NCBI RefSeq assembly: GCF_032191835.1
Contig: NC_083225.1
Coordinates: 149,544,001-149,608,000, forward strand
DNA from: Heteronotia binoei
Lineage: Eukaryota
DNA: 64,000 nucleotides
Reading direction: 5' to 3'
Position numbers and translations under genes: made by a program
The notes under the pieces: generated by a model
What the model was told of the DNA's origin: nothing
Database searches by the model: none
Seen by the model: the letters and a program-made list of their open reading frames with translations, nothing else
In this document: one piece after another, positions 41,411 through 53,000 of the stretch
How positions within the stretch are numbered: position 1 is the first letter of the stretch
Layout: each line of letters opens with the position of its first letter

Positions 41411-44400
41411 ATGGGGAAAGGGGGAGGGCAGCCTTCTAGTATGCATTATAAAAAAGATCTTGTTAAGGTCTCATTAGCTGAGTTTCTTCAATACTATGAA
41501 CAGCCGATCAGTGAGGAACAAGCATGGGCTATTTGTTTCCAGTGTTGTTATAAAATGAGAGAGTTAATGGCTCAAGGAGGAGATTCTGTGTTAAAGATGA
41601 TAGTCTTGGAAGATATTAATAACCTTTACATCCATTCTGATGGTAGTGTGTCTTTCACTGTACAGCAAAGTTTGAGTGGTAAGAATGATAATTGGAAGCT
41701 ATTTATATTAGTCTTGTGTCTCTGTGGTTTTTTGGGGGAGGGTTTGTTTTTCACCATTAAGTGTATGTTCTCTTCATTATTTTTAAAACTCCTAGTATAT
41801 TTATCCAAAATTAGGTTCTATTACTATTATTTGGCCTTCAACCAAAACATATTCATTCAGGGGATAGAAAAGTGTTATTTCTAGAAGTATGAGAGTGCTC
41901 CTTTGCAGTAATTTGACAAATTTAGTGAAGGAATGGTTAAATGTGCAGCTAATTCCTTTCTGGTTTTACTCAGCTGTTTATAATGCTATATTATCGTTTT
42001 GCAATTAATTGTTGTGCTGTTATAGTATTCCTTGATTTGTTTTTGTGCCTCTTTGTGCAGTATGAAACATAAATCTTAAAAGTTTGATCCTGTTTGGTAA
42101 AAATTAAAGTAATGATAATTTCTTAGCTACAGGTGAAAATTTTCAGAAATGTTACAATACATGATTGTATGTGTATATGGGAACACAGCGAAAGTAGAGG
42201 GTTGCTTCACAACTGTTCAGTTCTTGATTTTCTGTGAATGTGGTGAGAATGCTACAGACAATGAAAATGAAGTTCTAGGAACAGTAGGCTTGTCAGGTCC
42301 AATTTAAGAAATATCTGGGGACTTTGGGGTGGAGCCAGGAGCAAGGGTGTGACAAACATTGGAGCCCCGTGGCGCAGAGTGTTACAGCTGCAGTACTGCA
42401 GTCCTAAGCTCTGCTCACGACCTGAGTTCGATCCCCAGTGGAAGCTGGGTTTTCAGGTAGCCGGCTTGAGGTTGATTCAGCCTTCCATCCTTCCGAGGTC
42501 GGTAAAATGAGTACCCAGCTTGCTGGGGGGGGGGAAGTGTAGATGACTGGGGAAGGCAATGGCAAACCACCCCATAAAAAGTCTGCCGTGAAAACATTGT
42601 GAAAGTAGCATCATCCCAGAGTCGAAAACGACTGATGCTTGCACAGGGGACCTTTCCTTTTCCATTGGAAATAAGGATGGGGGCACCTTTTGGGGGGGCT
42701 CATAGAATTGGACCCCCTGGTCCAATCTTTTTGAAACTTGGCAGGTATTTTGAGGAGAGGCACTGGAAGCTATGCTGAAAATTTGGTGCATCTACCTCAA
42801 AAAAGCAGCCCCCCGAAGCCCCAGATACACAGATCAATTTTCCATTATACCCTATGGGAATTGGTCTCAAAAGGGAATAATGGCGTGCCCAGCAGACATT
42901 TCCCTCCTCCGCACTTCTGATGACCCTGAAGTGGGGGGAGGGTCTTCAAACCACAGGATCCCCTGCCCCCGCCTGGGGATTGGCAACCCTAAGGGACAGC
43001 AAGGGGAAGAGATTAAATAGAATGTATGTAGAATGTCTTTTTGCAGTTCCTGCTTCCTATACTTATAATGCAGATTTGTGTGTTAGATGGAGAGCAGCTT
43101 CAAATGGTGCTGGCTTTGAGTTAAGCCTAGCTTTTTTGGGTAAGAGGCAATGAATTAAACTTCACAGGTATTACCAGATTCTAACAAGTCTGCACTCTTC
43201 AAATATTATACACTTTAACATTTCTTTTCCCAAAGGCTACTGAAAAAACTAAGGGCTTTTTTTGCTATTTTTTGTATTCTTCTGTCACCTTGCTCATGTA
43301 TCCTTTCTTTTTCTCTCTTTCTTGTTCCAGACAGTCACATGACTCAGCAGCAGAATGAAAGGTTGGAAGATATGGTAAGGCTCAAACAATTATATGTCCT
43401 GTATTCTAAGCTTCAGTGCAACACAGATTGGCCATGTCTCATATATGGTACTTTGGTTGCTTGTTGATGAAAGAATATATTGTCATCTTGCTAGTGCTGT
43501 TCTCAAAGGAGTATATTGGAGCAAAATGAATAATTAGACTATGGGAAAGTCCCTTCTGGATGGATAGGGCTCAGCAAGTATGTTCCTTTTCTGGGTACTC
43601 TCTACACAAGTGCAGTTCTGGGTTGAAGAACAGCTCTAATACGCTTGGGTCTGTCCAGTTACAGAAGCATGCTATCTGTTGTTCTTTCCAGGCTGCCTTG
43701 CTGAGCCTGTGGGCACAACTCAGATTTTGAGAGCAGGTAATAGGTGCCAAAAACAAGCTGCAGGGGTAAGGATCAGCTATAAAATATTTGAGAAGTTCTG
43801 TGGAAAGTATCTTTTTATTCCATGATCGAAATAATTTTGAAATCAGTGTTCTCTGTAGAGATCTCTCATGCTCTTCTAAAGTATTTTCTACTCCAGCAAA
43901 GTGTAGGGAAGCTCTTAATGGCTCTTCCTTTGGAGAAGAAACAAGTAGGCATCTGGAAATTGGGAGGGACCATGATGCCCATTGACACCATGTTAATGCT
44001 GGACATAATCCTGGGCCACCCTATGAGCACTCTTGAATAGGACTAAGACTGTACCTTTAAGAAGGGCTAGGTATTCACAGCTGAGTGCACAATCACATCT
44101 CTGGAAGAAATATTGGTTGGAGGCAAGCAATGCTTAGAATGGAGCTTAGACCTTCATGCTGAAGAGAGGAAGTGGGTTGTTCATCTAAAAGTGGAATAGG
44201 ATTTCCTGATGGGGTATAATAGTGTAAAATTATGCAATCATAGTAGGGTACCAGCAGCATAGGAATATCCCCTTAACTATCTAAATTATCCATTTGCGCA
44301 TGTTGTGGCCAGCTCATAGTGCCCAGGAGCAAGGAGTAGGAAGGCAAGAAATGTGAAATTGGCAGTGATGCATGTTGAAATGAAGAGTATTTATGCAGCT

Positions 44401-46954
44401 ATTCCTTGGAGGCTATCAATATAAATGGTTTGATAAAATTTGCATTGCTTCCAGTTTCCATCTGAAATTACCATTCAGCAACTGCTTCTATGGACAGAAA
44501 TTAAAATTCTGGAATTGTTAAGTTCTGCTGACTTATGCCATCTTTACCTTGTAAATGTTGGCAAAATTGAGGTTTATGGTCAGAAAGGGTAACATTTGAT
44601 TCTCTACGAAACTGGTTCCCTAGGAAACGATTTCTCTATGCCTTAGTCTGATGTTGTCTTTTTGAATTAATAGGGTATCCCTGAATTTCCTTTATAGCTC
44701 ACAGAACTACTGGGAAAGTTGGTTTACAGAGCACTGGACTGGGGAATTGAGAGCCATATGGAGAGAGAGTTGAGTGAGTCCTTGGAGAAGCTAATATCCT
44801 TTATGCTGAAGTTGAATCTAGAGGCAACACAGTCAGCAGTGACTTTCCAAGATGTCATCAAGGTTTTGCTTTTGCTTTTATTTCTATAATCTAGCTACAC
44901 TTTTAGGCATTCATTCTTGCTCTGCCCAGGCCTCAGATTCAGTGGGAGCTCACAAGAGCGCAGCTCCTGAACCTTTCTGAGAGTTCCACCTCCTTGTCCA
45001 TTGAATAGTATGTGCAGCTGCATAATAATCCCTGGATGAGCTCCACCACCTATTTTTCTACAAAATGACCCCTGGCTGTGCCTGAATCTCCATTTTAGAA
45101 TAGGGAAACTGGTTTGTGCTGTAAAAATTGCAATGGCTTTTTACAATGGAAAAATGGAATGGGAAGAGGAAATTCGGACTATATTATGGGTTCTTAGTAC
45201 TCCAATGGACAGGAAGCAAAGGAGAAGAAAGCCATGTATGTACCATGCACATACTTCTTGTGTGTACTATGCACATACTTCAAGTAATTGCCCAAGTATG
45301 TGTGTTTTTGTGCCATTCTAACTGTCTAAATGAATGGTAATATCTTAAAGCTAGATATTTTAAGGTTCTCTGGGAAAGATGGATGTAGAAGTTTTATTTC
45401 CGAAATAGAGGACTTGTGATGGATTATGGGTAGCTTGTTTTTTTCATGCCTGCCTGATAATCAGCAGACAGCATAGCATGGGAAGGCTATTGGTAATACC
45501 AGGCTGACTCCCTGTGATTAGAAATTCTCTTCTCCTTTATGATGTTCAGTCCTTTGGAACCTAAATAAACTTGAACTCTGTATTCTATTTCATTATAAAT
45601 CTTTTAAACAGGAATCCAGAGATAACTTCTCCTTTTTCATTTTAGATCTGTGAAGATCACTTTCTCAAGCCTTCTGAAGCTGCTGATCATTACACCGTGA
45701 TCTGTCGAGTGCTCTTTGCTGAGTACATAGAACTTCAGAAGCTCATGTTGACCATACAGAGATGCAAAGAGGTATTTTGGAATGCAGATGTAGTGTCCAC
45801 CTGTTTTCTTCCATTGCAACATTTTCATTGTGTTGTCTTTTGAAGCTGGAAGAAAAGTTATACAAGGGGTTAGGAGAAGATGTAGTCTAACTGCTTTGGT
45901 AGAACAAACAAATTACAAAAGTCTTTTAATGTCTTTCAGTATTTGGGAAGAATGGATGTTGAAGACTGCTGTCCAAGGCAGAAGGCTAATGATTGGGTAG
46001 GGATAACCGTTTGGCTTGTTTCATATTAAGTTTTACGTTTTAAAAGTTCTCATTGAATTGATGAAAACTCATACATACAGCAATTACTGTCCTGTAGGGA
46101 ACAATGTGTGAAAATTCAAGTAACCCCAACAACTGCCTGGCTAGATTAAAGGTCCATCTAGTCCAGAATTCTGCCAACTGGATGACTTGGGAGATTCATT
46201 GGCAGGGAATGTGGCATCACCAACCAAAGTTGGCCCAGTTATATACCATTTCACTCTCTTAAGTGCATTGCCTACTTTCCCAAGCAATGGGAATGAGTGT
46301 CTTTAAAATATTTTGCTTAAAGCAGAGCACCACAGAGGGAGGGGCAGTAAATATACCCGTGTAAATAGGCACTTGTAGATTGTATCGGATTCCCACACAC
46401 AGCCTCCCTTCAAGATTTGACACGTTCCAGCTGAGGCTATCTGGTTTCATCTTTGAACTTCCTGTGGCTTCTAGCTGCTGCTATACCACTCCTGTAACTT
46501 TTAGGATCATTTATTCCAAAAGCTGCTGAGTAATTCCTATTCCTCCATCATTGGCTTCCACAAAAGCATCAACCAACCATCCTAGAATACCACCTATCTG
46601 GGAGCTGGCCAGAACCTGCAGTGCTATATCTCTATGTGCCTCTTTCCCAAACCCCTTCAGTGATTCTGTGCAATCTGCAGTGCTGTGTATGATGGGTGTT
46701 CATGTGGCCCTCACTAGTTTCATTCAAGGGACAGTTCAGTTGTGATACTCCTTTTTTTTTTTAAGGAAAGAGAAAACTAATTGCTCCCCGTGCAGATTAG
46801 GCTAGTCAGAGGCTGGTGTCACCTGTGTCCCAAATCTGTTGCCTCCTATAGCCATTCTGCTGATATTTTCATGTAGAACATAAGAACATAAGAGAAGCCA
46901 TGTTAGATCAGGCCAATGGCCCATCCAGTCCAACATTCTGTGTCACACAGCGGC

Positions 46955-47027
<73 letters not shown>

Positions 47028-50000
47028 TGTGGCTAATAGCCACTGATGGACCTCTGCTCCATATTTTTATCTAACCCCTTCTTGAAGGTGGCTATGCTTG
47101 TGGACGCCACCACCTCCTGTGGCAGTGAATTCCACATGTTAATCACCCTTTGGGTGAAGAAGTACTTCCTTTTATCCGTTTTAACCTGTCTGCTCAGCAA
47201 TTTCATCGAATGCCCACGAGTTCTTGTATTGTGAGAAAGGGAGAAAAGTACTTCTTTCTCTACTTTCTCCATCCCATGCATTATCTTGTAAACTTCTATC
47301 ATGTCACCCCTCAGTCGACGTTTCTCCAAGCTAAAGAGCCCTAAGCGTTTCAACCTTTCTTCATAGGGAAGGTGTTCCAGCCCTTTAATCATTTTAGTTG
47401 CCCTTTTCTGAACTTTCTCCAATGCTATAATATCCTTTTTGAGGTGCGGCGACCAGAACTGCACACAGTACTCCAAATGAGACCGCACCATCGATTTATA
47501 CAGAGGCATTATGATACTGGCTGATTTGTTTTCAATTCCCTTCCTAATAATTCCCAGCATGGCGTTGGCCTTTTTTATTGCAAACGCACACTGTCTTGAC
47601 ATTTTCAGTGAATTATCTACCATGACCCCAAGATCTCTCTCTTGGTCTGTCTCTGCCAGTTCACACCCCATCAACTTGTATTTGTAGCTGGGATTCTTGG
47701 CCCCAATGTGCATTACTTTGCACTTGGCCACATTGAACCGCATCTGCCACGTTGACGCCCATGTAGTGTTAAGCAACTGCTTTTTGGAGTAGAGGAGACT
47801 AATGAATTAGATTGTAATTTAAAGGCAAATGTTAAAGTTTCTGTAATGAATACTTCAGCCTAAGTCCTGTCCATACAACTGTTATGCAAGTTCTTGTACC
47901 TATGGCAATGCAGAGACAGTTTAAGTAAGGAACTCCGACCTGAGTCTCTGAATGTATGACACTTTCATATTAACAGTCATTTGCTATATTAAATGCCGGG
48001 TACCATCTTGGTAAAATATGTTCTTCAATCTGAGCTTCCTTTTTAGGCTGATTTATGGCAAGATGTACTTGGTGGCTTGCAGAAGGGTGCGAGGCTCCAC
48101 AAGGCCATGGAACACCCACAGCCCAGGACTTCTTTGAAACAGTGTTCCTGCTCTCTGTATGATACAGTGGTAGATGATATCAAAAATAAACACTACACCC
48201 TCCATAAGGTGAGTAGTATTGGCCAGGTAGGGGTGCCAGCCTCCAGGTGGGATCTGGGGACCCCCCAGAATTCCAGCTTATCTCCATTCTAACTGCGATC
48301 CTTCCCGCTAGAGAAAAATGGATGCTTTGGGGAGTGGACTCTATGGCATTGTACCCATCTGTACTCTTCATCCCCAAAGCTCCAGAAGTTTCCCAACCTG
48401 AAGTTGCCCCCCCGCCAGTCAGCTGGCCACTCATTTTATTATGCACCCTTATTTGTCATCGTTGGAGTGTATTATACTTCGTACTTGGTAAAGATGAAAC
48501 TGCTCACTGACATGCCTGTCTCAGAATTATGGTCTTGTCAAACAAACCACATTTACTGTGTTATATCACAACACAGTCTTGTATTGGACCAACATTTTTT
48601 TTAAAAAAACCCTGTTGTATCCTTTTGGCTTTGTACTTTTCATAGTACCCCATCCCCTAGAGAAGAAGACCTTTAGCTTTGATTCATTGTGTTTATTTGA
48701 GGGCCAAAGCAAGGAGGAGGATACGTACGCTATATCCAAGAGATAATCGGAGTTTTTGAAGTGGCTATCCTCAGTGCAGTGTGTATGAGTGAGAAAAGAC
48801 TTCTGGAGAAGGTTGAACATTGGCATACAGGAGCACAGCATTAAAAAAAGAAAACCTTGGATAGAACTGATGGGTGACAGCCATTGTTAAAACTTGGCTC
48901 ATGCTCTCTGCCCCTCACCGATTTTGTGGTATTATTGGCAAGCTTTGTTACCAGCAATGAAAGCAGTTTATTTTCTTAGAGTGAATATAGGGATAAAATG
49001 TGTTATTTTCAGTTTCCATCCAAAGCACATCTGAACCTTAATGTTAACCTAGGGTTCTTTTTTGTGTTTGAAGGCATGAAGAAAACATTTGCATCAACAG
49101 TGTAGTAGGCAGGGCTTCTTTTGAGCAGGAACGCACAGGAATGCAGTTCCAGCTGGCTTGGCCAGTGCTCCGGCTAAAAAAAAGTCTCCAGCAGAGGGAA
49201 GGCGCTAGGCAGCCATGCACTCCCAGACCACGCACTCCATCCTCTCTGCCACCTCCAGCCTCCCAATCGGCTTGTGAAGAGAACAAGAGATAAATTCATA
49301 GAACATGGTCATGTAAAGAGATGTGGAGCCGCCCATGAGCTTCCTGGGAGAAGCTGGGCCTTTGCAATTGCAGCCAAGAATCATTTTGTTTTTACATTGT
49401 TTGTGCTGCAGCTAACACTTCTTTTGGGTTTTTTTTTTTGTAGTACTTCCTCCAGTGTTTTAAATGTATAAGGGTTTTCTGCAACCCTGGGTATCTTCCC
49501 AAAGTTGCAGAAATATTTCTCAACTTTTTACATGATATTTTAACAAAAAGATTTATTATACAAAATATCAAAATGTTGACTATGCAAAGTAAAGAGATAG
49601 TAATATGTGACAGTCTATATATTTTAAGAAAGTATAGCAGATGCAGACTTGTATTTTTTGAAAGTATTCTCTATGCAGATTAAGACTGATTTGTAATCTT
49701 TATTTCTTATCCCTTCTTATCCCCTATTCCTAATTCTTTGAAACTAATAAAAACTTTTAAAATCAGAACATTGTAAGAGCTACATTTGTTTGTTTACCAC
49801 AGGAGTGAAATTGTTGCCTCTTGGCAATACAGTTCTTAGAGAGTTAGACTCTTCTAAATCCATGGACCTCAACAGGCTGAGAAATGAGTAACTCTATTTA
49901 CGATTACACTGTCAGTATCTAACTAAATGGCTTAGGCTTATGATGTTCTTTCAACATCTTCATAACAAATCTGACTTTGTTTGGCAGGCATCGACACGGC

Positions 50001-53000
50001 AACTGAGAGAGAGAGTCTGCCAGGCACCCAGTCTGCATGATCAGCTCATGATGGAAGTGAAAAAGCCCCCGAAGCTTCGACCAGTCTCTGCACACAAAAG
50101 TAAAAACAAACAAAAAGGTATACAATACCTTAGATGTGAACAACGACTAAAATAGCTTAGTTATTCAAATGACTGAAATGCCTAAGTGACTTATAAAGGC
50201 GGTACCTTTGTAATGTAATGTAATGTAAAATTTTATTTATACCCCGCCCTCCCCCGCCAGAGCAGGCTCAGGGCGGCTTACAACATTTAAAATGAACAAT
50301 ACAATAATAAAACATTAAGAACACATTAAAACCAATCAGTGATTAAAACATTCCTAGACTAACAGTGGCGGTAAGCATTATTAATTTAGCAGTAAACATT
50401 GGTACCATCATTAATGAACGCCTGTTTGAAGAGGGCGGTCTTGCAGGCCCTGCGGAACTGATCTAAGTTCCGCAGGGCCCGCACCTCCTCTGGGAGCTGG
50501 TTCCAGAGTTGTGGGGCTGCGGCGGAAAAGGCCCGAGTGCGGGTGCTTTGCAGTTTTACTTCTTTCGGCCCAGGGATATTCAGTTTATTTTTGCCTACTG
50601 ACCTCAGTGCTCTCTGGGGCTCATATGGGGAGAGACGGTCCCTCAGGTAGGTCGGTCCTTGGCCATATAGGGCTTTAAAGGTTATGACCAGCACTTTGTA
50701 CCGGATCCGGTATACAATCGGCAGCCAGTGCAGTCCGCGCAGCCCAGGCCGTATATGCCTCCATCTTGGAAGACCAAGTAGTAGCCTGGCTGCTGCATTC
50801 TGCACTAGCTGCAGTTCCCGGGTCCGGTATAGAGGCAGCCCCATGTAGAGAGCGTTACAGTAGTCCAGTCTTGAGGTGACCGTCGCATGGATCGCCATCG
50901 CTAGGTCCTGCCGCTCTAGGAAAGGGGCCAACTGCCTCGCCCGCCTCAGATGAAAGAATGCTGACTTGGCAGTGGCTGTTATCTGGGCCTCCATTGATAA
51001 TGAAGGCTCCAGTAAAACACCCAGGCTCTTCACCCGTTGCGCCGTCTTCAGTGGCGCCCCGTCAAAGGCCGGGAGAGATATTTCCTTCCCCAGAGTGCCA
51101 CGACCCACCTGGAGAACCTCTGTCTTCGCTGGGTTCAACTTCAGCCCGCTCAGTCTGAGCCACGTTGCAACAGCCTGCAAAGCCCGGTCCAGGTTCCCCG
51201 GGGCGGAGGCGGGCCGGCCGTCCATTAGTAGATAGAGCTGGGTGTCATCTGCATATTGATGGCTTGATGTGGTTCTGCTTCTGTTAATCATGGTTCTATA
51301 TAGGAACTGTAAAGGAAAGAAGCAGTGTCTATGTAAATAAAGGCATTTAGCTATTTAACAGCTCTTACTGGTGGTTCAAATCTTTCAGAACGAGGAAATG
51401 TTAGGTAGAACAAATACTTTGTGATGACAATACAGTCGTTTGAAAAACCGCATTCAGAATTCTGGTCTGCGGTACACTGCTCATTATAGTAGTGTCCAAT
51501 GATATGCATATGTGAGTGTGCTGTCACAGTATCAGTTATAATTTCTCACATTCCCTTTCAATAGAGTCTCTTCAGGTTTAGCTACCAGTAGTCAAATGAT
51601 ACATGTGTAACTAGCCCAAAGTAATTGATGTTATTAAGTGATCTTGCAGTGACTGGTATTAGGGGGACAGTGTTTTTTATTGAGCAAATGGATAGTTTAA
51701 ATAAGTTAAATAGATGACACCAAAACTGGAGAATAAGCTCCTCAAAAAGAGTTAAGCTTCAGAAAAGTCACAAACAGTGCAGTTCTAAGCAAAATTGTAC
51801 TGTGAACGTTATTTGAAAGTTCATTGGGCTCCAAAACCTAATTTGTGAAATATCAGATATACCAGCACAAAAGTTGAACGTGTCTTGTTCAAGAAAGGTG
51901 GGGACAGAGAGGCAAGGGAGAAGTTATTGACAGCTGATAAAACTGCACATATTGGTGATATTTGCCCAAAGGGGCAAACTCTGGATTCTAGAATGTGAGA
52001 TTAAATGGAAGGAAGCGTTGAGAACTGTTGAAGGGGAATTTGGACACAAAAAGAGAAAACAGTTTGAACCCAGCTTTTGCCAAATAAACATTCTGTATTA
52101 AGCTGGGAAATCAATTCAGATTTGTCTCTGCAGCCTTACCTTGGCAGAAACACAGCATACATGACTAGTTTTGTTTGCTTTATTTACATGCATCCTTTTT
52201 CTTTTGTTGCCTTATGATGTGTTCTGTGGCTTTTCAGAAGACTTTGGCAAGTTCTCCTCAAATACTCCATGTGATATCATCCTTGACCAAAATGTTGGCT
52301 CAAATATAACTGTTTCAAAAGCTAAAAAGCTAAGGTTGAGTTGCATCCAGTCAGATCCCGAACTTAAGGTATTTTTTTTCTTACCACAGGGTACTGTAAT
52401 GAAAACAAAAATTCTGTATTGGTATCCAGTTTTCCTTGCAATATGTCGTCTAGGTGGGTGGGTTTGCAGCTTTCTATCTCTTCAGTCTCACTAAATGTAG
52501 TGATTGTAACCATTCATTTCTGCAGGGATCTCCAAGTACCAAAATATTTAGCTCTGATTTTTACAGAGAACCTGCAGTGGAAGAACTGCAGGGGACCTGA
52601 CTAAGTTTTAATAGCTAGGATTCTGCGGTTCAAGCAGATTGTTCCGTGTGCAACTGAATTATGTCACATGTTGCCACTAATGCAGTTCTCCAGTGTTCCT
52701 GTAGCTCCAATCATGCTTTTCTGTTGTATATTTATTGGTAAATTATTAGTATTTTGAACTCCTAAACAAACACCTTTAGCACATATTTTTGACAAACTGT
52801 GTTCTACAAAACTTGAATCAGTTCTGTGTGGGCAAGCTAAAACTAATGTGCAAAAGTAAAATTTAAAATATCCCTCAGTATTCAGGTAAACCTTGTTTAC
52901 TGTGAGCTCAGCCAGTATTAATGCATTTGACTTGTATATTTTGAAGTGCACTTTTAGGCAATTGCTTCTTTCTCCTGTGAAATTGGTGGGTACTAAATAT

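Noticed and set aside
49803-49887. Exon-like segment ([27 protein letters not shown]) as the missing WH2-C exon
   Set aside because: Open only as phase 1 to phase 2, incompatible with the flanking phase-0 junction, and has no WH2 consensus.
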